64,000 nucleotides of DNA from Bdellovibrionales bacterium (GCA_007128005.1 SKYF01000104.1:1232-65231); one strand, 5' to 3'. Positions 1 through 10,683 are shown, counted from the first letter of the stretch. Notes: generated by a model not told the origin, from the letters alone. Translations and numbers: made by a program.

Positions 1-1
1 C

Positions 2-505
2 AATGAAAGAGCTGTTGCTCTAAGGCCAGATATTCAGCAGCTGACTCAGCGAGGGCCTGCTTCTTCCTCCCTGCTGCGCCACACCCAAAAACTCAAAGGC
101 CCGCTGCGGGTTCAGATTCTAACAGACCTGAGTCAACCCGCAGAAGTGGGAGATGTCTTTGAGTTGAAAGCCGAGGTGACAAGTTATCAGAACCTTGACC
201 AGGCCAAGCTGACTTGGCAGATTCCACCAGGACTTGAAGTTGTGACTGGCTTTAAAACCACCCAGTTATCGAACCTGAAGGCACACCACCCTCAAGAGGT
301 CTCCATCTTCCTGCGCAAACTGAAGGATGACAACCTTCAAATTCACGCCACTCTCACCAGCTCACTCGACTCCGCTGAATTCGCGGATGTGGCCCAGTTC
401 AACACTCAGCACTTTCAAGAACTCAAAGATTTAGAAGTGACAATCCAACAAAAAACTGCCGAGCATTTGAAAAGTCAGGGTTTGCGACAACGGCTATTTC
501 AATAA
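2..505 (+). CDS. Hypothetical protein, 5'-truncated by the window edge
   Basis: The frame of ORF 146..505 stays open back to position 2 (NERAVALRPDIQQLTQRGPASS...). No recognisable family. Confidence 0.6.
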   Translation, partial: NERAVALRPDIQQLTQRGPASSSLLRHTQKLKGPLRVQILTDLSQPAEVGDVFELKAEVTSYQNLDQAKLTWQIPPGLEVVTGFKTTQLSNLKAHHPQEVSIFLRKLKDDNLQIHATLTSSLDSAEFADVAQFNTQHFQELKDLEVTIQQKTAEHLKSQGLRQRLFQ

Positions 506-511
506 TAGCAC

Positions 512-1111
512 CTATACGGGAACTACGCGGATATCGGGATTTCCGGTTTCATTTTGCAAGATGCTCTGAATGGCATCCAGGGTGCCCATCATCGAACTGG
601 GACATCCCCCGCAGGCACCTTGGTAGAGAATCTTTAAAATATTATCTTTAAACTCCAAAACCTCAACATCTCCACCATCTGATTGAAGACCTGGCCGAAT
701 GGTTCGGTCCAGGATTTCCTCGATCTGTTGAACCTCAGCCGAAAGATGGGACCGGTCGCGGACACTCTTCCCGTGACCACCATTGGTGTTCGCAAGTTCA
801 AAATCAGGGGTGTGAATAGCAAGTCTGGTTCTTAAAATGGATGTCACTTGATCTTTCAACTCTTCGTCATCCATCTGCCCTGTATGGGTCACTGTCAATG
901 TGTTTTGAAACAAATGAACTTGTTTGACCCCCAAAAGTGAAAACAGGGTCTGCACTAAAGGTAGACTTTCTGCTTCGACGGGAGAGTTAAAAGTTGCTTT
1001 GCCTTCTGACTTGAGCGCATGGTTGACCACAAACTTCAATGCAAATGGATTTGGAGTCATCTGAGCTCTAACTTGTACATCTTCTGGTGAACTGACAGCT
1101 GGGTGGGTCAT
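512..1111 (-). CDS. NfuA/NFU1-like Fe-S cluster carrier (Nfu_N plus NifU C-terminal domain)
   Basis: N-terminal TPNPFALKF motif; C-terminal IRPGLQSDGGDVE...GACGGCPSS (CxxC). Last gene of the suf operon. Confidence 0.9.
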   Translation of the reverse strand: MTHPAVSSPEDVQVRAQMTPNPFALKFVVNHALKSEGKATFNSPVEAESLPLVQTLFSLLGVKQVHLFQNTLTVTHTGQMDDEELKDQVTSILRTRLAIHTPDFELANTNGGHGKSVRDRSHLSAEVQQIEEILDRTIRPGLQSDGGDVEVLEFKDNILKILYQGACGGCPSSMMGTLDAIQSILQNETGNPDIRVVPV

Positions 1112-2331
1112 AAAAGTAGCTCCTTGGCTTTTTTAACTGCTTCGAGAAACTGCAGAACATCTTGCTCATCATTGTAAATTGAAAAAGAAGCTCGGACCGT
1201 TCCCGGAATAACATAAAAGTCCATTAAAGGTTGATTGCAGTGATGTCCGGCCCGAACCGCAACGCCCTGCTGATCCAAGACTGCACCCACATCGGAGGGA
1301 TGCGCCCCGTCCAACAAAAAGGAGACAATACCCGCTTTATTCGCGTGATCCGCAAAAATCCTGACTCCGCCCAACTCTTTCAAACCTTCAGTGGCCTGAT
1401 TTAAAAGCCTTGTTTCATGTTGCTGAACCTGTTGCAAAGACAGACTTGAGAAAAATTGAATGGCTGCGGCTAGGCCAATGGCCCCAGCAATATGAGGGGT
1501 GCCGGCCTCAAAACGTTGAGGCGAAGGCAAGTAGTCACTCTTTTCAAAAGTGACTTTGGAAATCATGGACCCACCGCTCTGGTATGGCTTCATACTATTG
1601 AGCATCTCCAGTCTTCCGTAAAGAACACCAATCCCATAGGGACCGAACAGTTTGTGACCTGAAAAAACCAAGAAGTCACAATTCAAATCCTGAACATTCA
1701 GCGGCAAAAAAGACACAGATTGGGCGGCATCCAAAAGAGTGACGGCTCCGGCCTCACGAGCCTCCTGGATCATCTGTTGAGCTGGCAAAATCGATCCCAG
1801 TCCGTTCGAGATATGAGTGAAACTGACAATCTTAGTCCTCTCGTTCAAAAGAGACTTGTAGTGATTGAGGTCTACTTCCCCATTTTCATTGATCCGGACA
1901 ACCCGAATAGTGGCCCCTGTTTTTTCAGCTAGAATCTGCCAAGGCACTATATTGGAATGATGCTCTAACTGAGTCAGTAGTATCTCATCACCAGGCTTCA
2001 ACCAATCTCCCCCAAAGGCCTGGGCCACTAAATTGACACCCTCCGTAGTTCCCCTGGTAAAAACAATCTCGGCCTCATCCCTTGCCCCTAAAAATTGGGC
2101 CACACTCTTGCGCGCCTGTTCAAAAGACCCTGTAGCCTCATCGCTCCACCAGTGGGCTCCTCGGTGGACATTGGCACACTCAAATGAGTAAAATTTCTCA
2201 AGTCTTTTTATTACAGCCCAAGGCTTCAAGGTCGTCGCTGCACTGTCCAAATACACGGGCCTCTGACCATGGACAACTTGTTGGAGCTGGGGAAACTGAG
2301 CCCTCACATTATCCGGTGACTCCATCATCAT
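1108..2331 (-). CDS. sufS: Cysteine desulfurase SufS
   Basis: Motifs YLDSAATT, NVHRG, FSGHKLFGP (PLP Lys) and RAGHHC (catalytic Cys, group II). Confidence 0.95.
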   Translation of the reverse strand: MMMESPDNVRAQFPQLQQVVHGQRPVYLDSAATTLKPWAVIKRLEKFYSFECANVHRGAHWWSDEATGSFEQARKSVAQFLGARDEAEIVFTRGTTEGVNLVAQAFGGDWLKPGDEILLTQLEHHSNIVPWQILAEKTGATIRVVRINENGEVDLNHYKSLLNERTKIVSFTHISNGLGSILPAQQMIQEAREAGAVTLLDAAQSVSFLPLNVQDLNCDFLVFSGHKLFGPYGIGVLYGRLEMLNSMKPYQSGGSMISKVTFEKSDYLPSPQRFEAGTPHIAGAIGLAAAIQFFSSLSLQQVQQHETRLLNQATEGLKELGGVRIFADHANKAGIVSFLLDGAHPSDVGAVLDQQGVAVRAGHHCNQPLMDFYVIPGTVRASFSIYNDEQDVLQFLEAVKKAKELLL

Positions 2332-3380
2332 AAAAGATCCCTATTCAGCTGAGAATAAACCCACTGCCTCAGGCCCACATCACTCATTCGTTCCACCAGC
2401 TCTTTGGTAAATCCATCAATCAATAGGTGCCGTGCAGTGCCGGGTTCAATCCCACGACTGGTCAAGTAGAAGAGCTGTTCGGCACTGAGTTGGCCCGTTG
2501 CCGAGCCGTGATTGGCTTTTACATTGTCAGCATGAACTTCCAGTTCTGGCTTGCTGTGCACTCGAGCGTTACGTGACAGTAAGAGGTTCTTATTCATCTG
2601 GAAGGACTCTACCATCTGGGCATCTAGGGCTATATAGATTTTGCCATTAAAGCTCGCTTGTGATTGGCCCCCTAGGACTCCTTTAGATACTTGGCCACTG
2701 CGAGTCTGCGGGGAGTGATGACGGACAAGGCTGTATTGATCAAAAGTCTGATCATTTTCACCCACACACAAACTATTTAACTGCGCTTCAGAGTTCTCCC
2801 CATTGAGATCTACTGAACTTTCAACTTGGCTTCCTCCTAACCCCTTGCTGAGGACAAATTCTTCCAAATAGCCATCTCGAGCAACTTCCCCCTGAGACTG
2901 AACGAGCTGCTTCACCCCAGTGGGTGGTTCTAGGATCTGAACAACTTGAAGTCTTGCTCCCTGATCAACCTGGGTTTCAAAAGAATAATGCGAGGGTTTC
3001 AGAGAATTTTTTGACCTCTGTCCTGAATCACTAGGCTCCCCGGCAAAGTATTGTACCAAGCTGAATTCACTCCCCGCCCCCACCCTTATATGAATTTTTT
3101 TAGATTTTGATTCTAGTTGCGCTTCGGACTCTGATTGACTCCAATAAAAGGCCCACAAGGGAGAGGCAATCTTTGCTCCCTTGGGAATGTCCACCGAAAA
3201 CGCGCCTTCTACTTCCACCTTGAGATTTTCCTCAATCTCTCTGAGATCAGAAAGCTCTCTATCCAACCTGCCATTGACAGAAACAAGGACAGGACCTGTC
3301 AAGCCGACTTCCTTTATTCTGTCCCTAAAGGATTGTAGCTGTTGGTTCAATTTGACTAAAGACCCTGTCAACTCCCTCAT
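2328..3380 (-). CDS. sufD: Fe-S assembly protein SufD
   Basis: C-terminal KPELEVHADNVKANHGSATGQL..EQLFYLTSRGI. Start placed at ATG 3380, which overlaps the sufC stop (TGATG). Confidence 0.88.
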   Translation of the reverse strand: MRELTGSLVKLNQQLQSFRDRIKEVGLTGPVLVSVNGRLDRELSDLREIEENLKVEVEGAFSVDIPKGAKIASPLWAFYWSQSESEAQLESKSKKIHIRVGAGSEFSLVQYFAGEPSDSGQRSKNSLKPSHYSFETQVDQGARLQVVQILEPPTGVKQLVQSQGEVARDGYLEEFVLSKGLGGSQVESSVDLNGENSEAQLNSLCVGENDQTFDQYSLVRHHSPQTRSGQVSKGVLGGQSQASFNGKIYIALDAQMVESFQMNKNLLLSRNARVHSKPELEVHADNVKANHGSATGQLSAEQLFYLTSRGIEPGTARHLLIDGFTKELVERMSDVGLRQWVYSQLNRDLL

Positions 3381-4159
3381 CACTGCACCTGCTGATGGGC
3401 TGGGGGATCTGGCTGAAGCCAATCGTAGCCTTGACCCTCGAGTTTGAGAGCCAAACTCTTATCTCCACTGGCCACAATCCTTCCATCAATTAAGACGTGA
3501 ACAAAATCTGGTTGAATATAGTCTAAGAGCCTCTGGTAATGGGTAATCATTAAAAAAGCTCTGTCCGGGCTGCGCAGAGCGTTCACTCCCTCAGCTACAA
3601 TTTTAAGAGAGTCAATGTCCAATCCAGAATCAATTTCATCTAAAAGCGCTAGACGAGGCGACAACACGGCCATTTGCAGGATTTCATTGCGCTTTTTCTC
3701 ACCACCAGAGAAGCCCTCATTCACAGAGCGGTCTAAGAAAGTCGGATCTACTTTTACTGTGTCGGCTTTTTTTTGCAAAAACCCCTTAAACTCCTCCTCA
3801 GACATCTCCGCAACACCCTGATGTCTGCAGACTGAGTTAAAGGCTGTTCTTAAAAATTGAGTGTTACTCACACCAGGGACTTCCACGGGGTACTGAAAGG
3901 CCAAAAACACTCCTTCTCTGGCCCGCTCATCTGGCTCCAAGTCCAACAAATTTTTTTGAGAGAAGTTAATCTCGTAATCAATTTCTCCAGATACGACCTC
4001 ATAAGTGGGATGACCAGCAATGATCTTGGAAAGAGTGCTCTTTCCAGAGCCATTGGGCCCCATAATGGCGTGAACCTCCCCGGCCTTGATCTCAAGGTTG
4101 ATTCCCTTCAGCACTTCCTTGTCACCCACTTGCGCATATAAATTTCGAATGCTCAGCAC
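3380..4159 (-). CDS. sufC: Fe-S assembly ATPase SufC
   Basis: Walker A GPNGSGKST, FLAFQYP, FSGGEKKRNE, ITHYQRLL. Confidence 0.95.
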   Translation of the reverse strand: MLSIRNLYAQVGDKEVLKGINLEIKAGEVHAIMGPNGSGKSTLSKIIAGHPTYEVVSGEIDYEINFSQKNLLDLEPDERAREGVFLAFQYPVEVPGVSNTQFLRTAFNSVCRHQGVAEMSEEEFKGFLQKKADTVKVDPTFLDRSVNEGFSGGEKKRNEILQMAVLSPRLALLDEIDSGLDIDSLKIVAEGVNALRSPDRAFLMITHYQRLLDYIQPDFVHVLIDGRIVASGDKSLALKLEGQGYDWLQPDPPAHQQVQ

Positions 4160-4176
4160 TGCCCTGACTCCTTATT

Positions 4177-5595
4177 TTATCCGATACTGTTTTCTAATTT
4201 CATTTCAATTAGCTTGACCGCCTCAACCGAGAACTCCAAAGGCAGTTGCTTAAAAACCTCTTTACAGAATCCATTGACTAAAAGAGCTACGGACTCCTCC
4301 ATATTTAACCCTCTTGAACTGAGGTAAAACAGTTGATCCTCACTGATACGAGAGGTCGAGGCCTCATGTTCAACGACCGCTGACTGATTTCTGACATCAA
4401 TATGGGGGAAGGTATTGGCAGATGATTTTGAACCCACCAACATAGAGTCGCACTGAGAGTAGTTTCTAGCTCCTTCCGCCGAGGGCATTACTTTCACCTG
4501 CCCCCTGTAACTATTGATTGAATCATCTGTAGAGATGCCTTTTGAGATAATTGTGCTCTTGGTGTTTTTTCCCACATGAATCATCTTGGTTCCCGTATCG
4601 GCCTGCATTTTGTCATGAGTTAGAGCAACGGAATAAAAAGCTCCGACGGAATTATCTCCTTGCAATATCACACTGGGATATTTCCAGGTGATAGCAGAGC
4701 CAGCTTCTACTTGAGTCCATGAGATTTTCGAGTTTGGGCCAACGCACTTACCGCGCTTAGTAACAAAGTTGTAGATCCCTCCCCGACCCTCTTTGTCTCC
4801 TGTGTACCAATTTTGAACTGTCGAGTACCTGATTTCGGCATCTGTCAAAGCCACCAGTTCTACCACAGCCGCATGAAGCTGGTTGTTGTCACGCATAGGG
4901 GCCGTGCAACCTTCAAGATAGTTCACAAAGCTGCCCTCTTCAGCAACAATCAGGGTGCGCTCAAATTGACCTGTGTCCTGAGCATTGATACGAAAGTAGG
5001 TCGATAGGTCCACCGGGCAGGTCACTCCTTTGGGAATGTAGACAAAGGAGCCATCAGTGAAGACTGCCGCGTTTAAGGCTGCATAGAAGTTGTCCGCATA
5101 GGGCACCACGGTTCCAAAATACCTCTTTACAAGCTCCGGGTGCTCGTGAAGTGCCTCTGAAATTGAACAAAAAACCACCCCATGCTCCTTGAGTAGCTCC
5201 TGATGAGTAGTTCCAATGGAAACACTGTCAAAAACAGCATCCACCGCAACCCCCGAGATCCTCTTTTGCTCACTCAAAGGAATCCCTAGTCGTTCGAATG
5301 TCTTGAGTAGCTCAGGATCCAAATCATCAAGACTTTTTGGTCCCTCTCCAGGTGCCTTTTTTTTGGGTGCTGAATAGTAGCAAATATCCTGGAAGTCGAT
5401 GGGGTCGTACTCGACTGCAGCCCAAGTTGGCTCCTTCATCGTTAACCAATGACGATAGGCCTTGAGACGGTACTCAAGCATCCAATCAGGCTCATTTTTT
5501 TTACGAGAAATTCCGGCGATCACCTCTTCACTCAGCCCCTTGGCTAAGCTCTCGCTTTCTATTTCAGTGATAAAACCGTACTTATATTCTTTCAT
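4177..5595 (-). CDS. sufB: Fe-S assembly protein SufB
   Basis: Motifs [47 protein letters not shown]. Likely start MKEYKYGF at 5595. Confidence 0.95.
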   Translation of the reverse strand: MKEYKYGFITEIESESLAKGLSEEVIAGISRKKNEPDWMLEYRLKAYRHWLTMKEPTWAAVEYDPIDFQDICYYSAPKKKAPGEGPKSLDDLDPELLKTFERLGIPLSEQKRISGVAVDAVFDSVSIGTTHQELLKEHGVVFCSISEALHEHPELVKRYFGTVVPYADNFYAALNAAVFTDGSFVYIPKGVTCPVDLSTYFRINAQDTGQFERTLIVAEEGSFVNYLEGCTAPMRDNNQLHAAVVELVALTDAEIRYSTVQNWYTGDKEGRGGIYNFVTKRGKCVGPNSKISWTQVEAGSAITWKYPSVILQGDNSVGAFYSVALTHDKMQADTGTKMIHVGKNTKSTIISKGISTDDSINSYRGQVKVMPSAEGARNYSQCDSMLVGSKSSANTFPHIDVRNQSAVVEHEASTSRISEDQLFYLSSRGLNMEESVALLVNGFCKEVFKQLPLEFSVEAVKLIEMKLENSIG

Positions 5596-6055
5596 CTTGT
5601 TTTCCTTCTCGCAATTCATCCACAGACCCAAGAGCAGGGGTTTGAACTTTCAAGAGCTGGCCCACACTGAGTTGGGAGTAGAAGTCCTGTAACTGTTGGT
5701 TGAACTCCCTCATCGGCATTTGTATATTGCAAGAGGCTAACAAACTGCAGTCGACCTCTTCATTGGGTTCGCAGGCACATTTAACCACTTCAATCCGCCC
5801 CTGAATGACTTCCAAAAGATCCTTTAAGGAAACCTGATTCAGGTCCTTCTTAATCTTGTATCCTCCGTAGGCCCCTTGCTCCGACTTTAAAAGTCCCGCC
5901 TGAGCCATCAACTGCATAACCCGAGCCGTGGCATCAAAAGGTGCCCCCGTGAGATCTACAATCTCTTTAGCCGAAGTCACGCGGCCACTGGGCCTCTCGG
6001 CCATGTGCTTTAGAGCCATCAGTGCATATTCCATTTTCCGGCTGATTTTATTCAC
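5582..6055 (-). CDS. Rrf2-family (IscR/SufR-like) transcriptional regulator
   Basis: Winged HTH (YALMAL...[13 protein letters not shown]), Cys cluster CAC...C...C, first gene of the suf operon. Confidence 0.9.
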   Translation of the reverse strand: MNKISRKMEYALMALKHMAERPSGRVTSAKEIVDLTGAPFDATARVMQLMAQAGLLKSEQGAYGGYKIKKDLNQVSLKDLLEVIQGRIEVVKCACEPNEEVDCSLLASCNIQMPMREFNQQLQDFYSQLSVGQLLKVQTPALGSVDELREGKQDERI

Positions 6056-6208
6056 TTATCTCTCTTAACTTAATTCTATAAGTATTTGTTTTTATTCAAT
6101 AATACTCAGACTAATTCGTGATACAACAAGCTCTTGACGCGACGGAAAAAATCAGTCACGTTGCCGCCAACTGGATGAAACCTAAATGAGATCCAGTGGG
6201 AAAGCAAC

Positions 6209-6237
6209 TTAAATAGGTCAAAAAAAGACGTATTTAA
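6209..6237. promoter_or_regulatory. Candidate Rrf2 operator palindrome
   Basis: TTAAATAGGTC-A7-GACGTATTTAA: 11-bp arms with one mismatch, in the intergenic region upstream of the rrf2-suf operon. Confidence 0.55.
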
Positions 6238-6300
6238 ATTCTTTCACAAAACCTGCCCGGCCTAGACAGCCAGACTCTCGTTCTTTAGAGGTAGACTATT

Positions 6301-7242
6301 ATGAAAGAAGCACTATTTAGACTTGGAATTATCAGCCTTGTGTCCATTTCAGGGGCTGCCATTCTGTTAGTGGCCTTGAGAACACTTGGCTTCACACAAA
6401 TTTATAGCCCCGTACGGCACCCTTTGGCTGAAAGAGACTTTATTTTAATTGCCAAAGGAGGGGCTCTTGGATCGGCTCCCTCTCATACCGCACTTGCTTT
6501 TGATCAGGCTTTGGAAATTTACCCGAATTCTGTGCTTGAGGCCACCATTCAGAGAACGGCTGATGGTGAGTGGGTTCTGTTTGAACACCAGAAATTAGAG
6601 CTTCAAACAGACGGTGCAGGACGAGTGGGTAACCACACCCTGGCGGAGCTCAAAAATCTAAATGCAGGGCATTATTACCAAGACCCCAATAGTGGCCAAT
6701 TCCAACACAGAGACCTCGGCCTGCAATTGATGACTTTAGATGAGTTTTTAGACCGCTATCCTGAACAGGAATTCGTGCTGAATGTAGAAATGCGCTATCC
6801 CTTTATGGTTTCAGAGCTCATAGGTAAACTCTCCGACAGATCTTTGGATGGACGAGTGATCATACGCAGCCCTTACTCTCATGTTTTGCGGGAAATCAAG
6901 AAGCACTACCCTCGCTGGCTTTACAAAACAGACCCCGCAACCCTGTTTCGCGCCTCTATCATGGGTTCGCTATATATCGAATCGGTTTCAAACATTTGGA
7001 CAGACATCGTTCTCACCACCTTAGGAGAAGGAGAGGGTGATATCAGCAACCGAATGCTCTCAGAGATTAAACGCCGCAAAAAAATTCTGATTCTCGACGA
7101 AGACAAGAACTTCTCTGCACTTTCTGATTCACTCTCTGACCATATTCAAGGCGTGGCGACAAGCCGACCAGATCTAGCCCTTGAGTACTTTGCTGACCGC
7201 CTAGAGGATACAGGGGGGCCCCTGTCAAAAGAAGTGGACTGA
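6301..7242 (+). CDS. Membrane-anchored glycerophosphodiester phosphodiesterase-fold protein with degenerate active site
   Basis: N-terminal TM segment, then a GDPD-like pattern (TADGEWVLF, TLAELKNLNAG, LNVEM), but IAKGG replaces IAHRG. Confidence 0.8.
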   Translation: MKEALFRLGIISLVSISGAAILLVALRTLGFTQIYSPVRHPLAERDFILIAKGGALGSAPSHTALAFDQALEIYPNSVLEATIQRTADGEWVLFEHQKLELQTDGAGRVGNHTLAELKNLNAGHYYQDPNSGQFQHRDLGLQLMTLDEFLDRYPEQEFVLNVEMRYPFMVSELIGKLSDRSLDGRVIIRSPYSHVLREIKKHYPRWLYKTDPATLFRASIMGSLYIESVSNIWTDIVLTTLGEGEGDISNRMLSEIKRRKKILILDEDKNFSALSDSLSDHIQGVATSRPDLALEYFADRLEDTGGPLSKEVD

Positions 7243-7269
7243 TACACAAAGCAGTATTAGGCTTTTAAC

Positions 7270-8010
7270 ATGATAAATCTTCTTTGGGCCGCAACTACAG
7301 AGTCAACCACCCTAACCGTAGACACAAGTGCCTGGACGGCGATCACATCAGCAAATATTGTTGTGCAACTGACCCTCCTTCTGCTTGTAGTTATGTCTGT
7401 CCTGTCTTGGGCAATTATGTTTGCCAAGCGAAAGGAATTCCAAAAAAGCGAGGAGGCCAACTCGCCATTTATGGAGGCCTTTTGGAAAGCTGAGTCCCTC
7501 GACGACATATTTGATGAACTCAACAAGCATCCTGAGTCGAGCTTTGCCCGGGTTTTTCGCTCTGGTTACCTTGAGCTCAGAAAGATCGCTGACTCAAAAC
7601 TTGCGAAAAATGGAGAACAGGGAAGTGCGCCCCTCCTCTCCGGTATAGATAATTTGGAAAGGTCCTTGCGCAAAGCCATCGACAGCGAGTTGGGAAGTTT
7701 GGAAGGACGGCTGAGCTTTCTGGCGACTACAGGCAGTACAAGCCCCTTTATTGGGCTGTTTGGAACCGTCTGGGGGATTATGGGCTCCTTTCAGGCCATT
7801 GGAGCCACAGGAATGGCCAGTCTAGCAGTGGTGGCTCCAGGTATTGCCGAGGCCTTGATTGCCACTGGAGTTGGACTATTTGCAGCTATTCCAGCCACTG
7901 TTGGCTACAACCACTTTGTGGCCCATGTGCGCAAACAGGAGATTGAGCTCAACAGCTTTGCTTCTGACTTTTTGAATATCGCCAAGCGCAACTTTTTTGG
8001 AGACAACTAG
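7270..8010 (+). CDS. tolQ: TolQ (MotA/TolQ/ExbB proton channel)
   Basis: LATTGSTSPFIGLFGTVWGIM, APGIAEALIATGVGLFAAIPA; operon context. Confidence 0.92.
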   Translation: MINLLWAATTESTTLTVDTSAWTAITSANIVVQLTLLLLVVMSVLSWAIMFAKRKEFQKSEEANSPFMEAFWKAESLDDIFDELNKHPESSFARVFRSGYLELRKIADSKLAKNGEQGSAPLLSGIDNLERSLRKAIDSELGSLEGRLSFLATTGSTSPFIGLFGTVWGIMGSFQAIGATGMASLAVVAPGIAEALIATGVGLFAAIPATVGYNHFVAHVRKQEIELNSFASDFLNIAKRNFFGDN

Positions 8011-8014
8011 TTTC

Positions 8015-8434
8015 ATGGGTATGTCGGTGGGAGGTGGTGGAAGTCGTAGGGTTCTGAGTGAAATCAACGTCACTCCCTTTGTCGATGTGATGCTTGTCTT
8101 GTTAATCATTTTTATGGTCACAGCTCCCATGCTTCAACAAGGCCTTGAGGTTGATTTGCCCGAAACTGCAAGTTCTGGGGTAGAAACCACGGATGACCCT
8201 TTTCTTCTGGTCATTACCAAGGATAGAAAAATTCAGGCCGGCGACGCCACTATCGATATCAATGAGCTGCAAACCCGACTTGCAGCAATCTTTGCCACTC
8301 GACGCAACAAGCAAATTTATATACAGGCTGATCGCAACGTCGACTATGGTTTTGTGGCCGAGACCATGGGCGAAGTGCGAGCGGCAGGCATCTTTCAAAT
8401 CGGTCTTATCACTCTTCCCAAAGCGCGTCCGTGA
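8015..8434 (+). CDS. tolR: TolR (ExbD family)
   Basis: SEINVTPFVDVMLVLLIIFMVTAP and IQADRNVDYG. Start at ATG 8015. Confidence 0.92.
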   Translation: MGMSVGGGGSRRVLSEINVTPFVDVMLVLLIIFMVTAPMLQQGLEVDLPETASSGVETTDDPFLLVITKDRKIQAGDATIDINELQTRLAAIFATRRNKQIYIQADRNVDYGFVAETMGEVRAAGIFQIGLITLPKARP

Positions 8435-9249
8435 AAGAGCTTTTAAAGAATAAAAAATCTAAATCAGACCCCCTCGCAAAATATATTGGTCTATCTCTAG
8501 TGGTACACATCGGCCTTTTCCTGGTATTTACAGTTCAAGCTATTTTTTTCCCCTCTGAACCCATCCAGGTTAGACATGCCATTAGAGTGGACGTAGTAGA
8601 CCTCCCAGATAGACTCCGCCCGGCTCCTCCACCCCCTCAGCCAAAGGCGGAGCCTGCTCCAGCCCCCCGCCCAACACCGCCGCCAACTCAACCCAAAGCA
8701 CCTCCTCCTCCAGAGCCTAAACCTAAGCCTCAGCCAAAACCCCAGCCTAAAGCTGTGGCAAAAAAAACTGAGCCTAAAAAAACCGAAACTAGGACTCAGC
8801 AGCAGACCCTAACTGCTCAGCAACGCGCTATGGAGAGACTGAAAGCACAACAGGCCATCGATCAAATTCGGGAGCAAATTGAAAGTGATCTCGCACCCCG
8901 CACTCGAGAACCTGAATACAAAGGCAATATTATCACCGAAGGTGATAGCTTGACTGGCTTAGAGCGCATTCAATACGATCGCTACATTGCTGAGGTCAGG
9001 GATCATCTGCATTCCCACTGGAATCTTCCCCAATGGCTTGCCGAAGCCAACCTCAGAGCCCAGGCCTTAGTCCGGCTAGACAACTCAGGATTTGTCACCG
9101 CAAAGCAGATTTTGCGGTCCTCAGGAAATGACATCTTTGACGCGCAGGTGTTAGGGGCCATAGAAAGAGCTTCTCCCTTTCCCCAACCTCCCTCTCGGCT
9201 GAGAAATGTGTTATCTTATGGGGGAATTGTATTTCAGTTTCCTGAATAG
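8431..9249 (+). CDS. tolA: TolA/TonB-family energy transducer
   Basis: TM helix with SxxxH (SLVVH), Pro/Lys-rich linker, TonB_C-like end (SSGNDIFD...RASPFP). Lies between tolR and tolB. Confidence 0.8.
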   Translation: MKELLKNKKSKSDPLAKYIGLSLVVHIGLFLVFTVQAIFFPSEPIQVRHAIRVDVVDLPDRLRPAPPPPQPKAEPAPAPRPTPPPTQPKAPPPPEPKPKPQPKPQPKAVAKKTEPKKTETRTQQQTLTAQQRAMERLKAQQAIDQIREQIESDLAPRTREPEYKGNIITEGDSLTGLERIQYDRYIAEVRDHLHSHWNLPQWLAEANLRAQALVRLDNSGFVTAKQILRSSGNDIFDAQVLGAIERASPFPQPPSRLRNVLSYGGIVFQFPE

Positions 9250-9264
9250 AAGGAGGGCAAGCTA

Positions 9265-10683
9265 ATGAAATTACTTAAGCTGAAATCTTACACAGTGGCC
9301 CTCATATCTCTTTTGATTGGCCTGGGTTTTATAAGCCCCTCTGTCTCCTTTGGGCAGGATAGTGGGCGAATTTATATCGATGTGGGAAGGGCACAGATTA
9401 AAAAAAGCCTTATGGCTTTGCCTCCTCTGCAGTTTTCTGGCAGCGACCCCGCCAACCAAGAAAACATTCGAATTGGGCAAGAGCTCTTTTCTGTGATTTC
9501 AAATGACCTCACGGTTTCAAACCTTTTTACCTTTATCAACCCCCAAGCCTTTTTAGAGGACCCTGCTAAAGTCGGCCTGCGCCCCCGCCCCGGAGATCCC
9601 CAGGGTTTTAATTTTCAAAACTGGCAAACTATTGGCACTGAGTTCTTGGTACGTGCTGGCTACAGAGTGACCAGAAACGACATATCACTTGAGGCCTATG
9701 TCTACTTTGTCCCTCAGGGAAGACTTGTTTTTGGCAAGACATACACTGGGCCTAAGACAGCCTTACGCCGGATTGCCCACTCTTTCACTGACGATGTTCT
9801 CCAAAACCTAACGGGACGCCGAGGTATGTTCAACACTCGGCTCGTGGTCTCCTCAGATCGTGGTGCCGGACGGGGCCAAAAGGAAATATGGGTGATGGAT
9901 TGGGACGGTGCCAATGCAGAGAAGATCACCGATCATAAGTCCATTGCCATATCTCCGGCCTGGGCACCAGATGGAAAACGAGTTGCCTACACAGCCTTTG
10001 CCTTTCACACTCAGGCAAGGGTGCGAAATGCCAACCTGTTTATTCGCGAACTGGACACTGGACGGCGCTTCCTTGTCTCTTATCGCCAAGGCATCAACTC
10101 GGGTGCCGCCTTTTTCCCCAATGGACAACACTTATTGTTAACCATCTCCCAAGGGGGACGACCAGACATTTTCCGCATCACCCCAGACGGAAAATCTATT
10201 ATGCCTATGACCCGTGGCCCTGCCGGGGCCATGAATGTAGAGCCTGCTGTTTCTCCCGACGAAAAACAGATTGCTTTTTCCTCTGATCGCAGTGGCCGAC
10301 CTATGATTTACATTATGAACGCCGATGGGTCGAACACTCGCAGAATCACTCATGCGGGCCGCTACAACTCCAGCCCCTCCTGGTCCCCTGATGGAAAGCA
10401 GCTGGCCTTTGCAGCCCTGGACAAGGGCAGCTTTGACATTTTTGTCATCAATACAGACGGAACCGGATTGAAGCGGCTGACGGATGCAAAAAGGCAAAAT
10501 GGCACCTCAGCCCATAATGAAAATCCGAGTTTTTCCCCCTGTGGGAGACATATTGTTTTTGCAAGTGACCGAGATGGGCCAAGGCAACTGTACATTGTCA
10601 GCCCTGACGGGAGCAATGAACGCCGGCTCACTTATGACAATCACAATTATTTTCAACCCAAATGGTCACCTTTTCTCAACTAG
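9265..10683 (+). CDS. tolB: TolB
   Basis: Signal peptide, TolB N-domain (RRIAHSFTD), multiple PD40 repeats (PAWAPDG, PSWSPDG). Confidence 0.92.
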   Translation: MKLLKLKSYTVALISLLIGLGFISPSVSFGQDSGRIYIDVGRAQIKKSLMALPPLQFSGSDPANQENIRIGQELFSVISNDLTVSNLFTFINPQAFLEDPAKVGLRPRPGDPQGFNFQNWQTIGTEFLVRAGYRVTRNDISLEAYVYFVPQGRLVFGKTYTGPKTALRRIAHSFTDDVLQNLTGRRGMFNTRLVVSSDRGAGRGQKEIWVMDWDGANAEKITDHKSIAISPAWAPDGKRVAYTAFAFHTQARVRNANLFIRELDTGRRFLVSYRQGINSGAAFFPNGQHLLLTISQGGRPDIFRITPDGKSIMPMTRGPAGAMNVEPAVSPDEKQIAFSSDRSGRPMIYIMNADGSNTRRITHAGRYNSSPSWSPDGKQLAFAALDKGSFDIFVINTDGTGLKRLTDAKRQNGTSAHNENPSFSPCGRHIVFASDRDGPRQLYIVSPDGSNERRLTYDNHNYFQPKWSPFLN

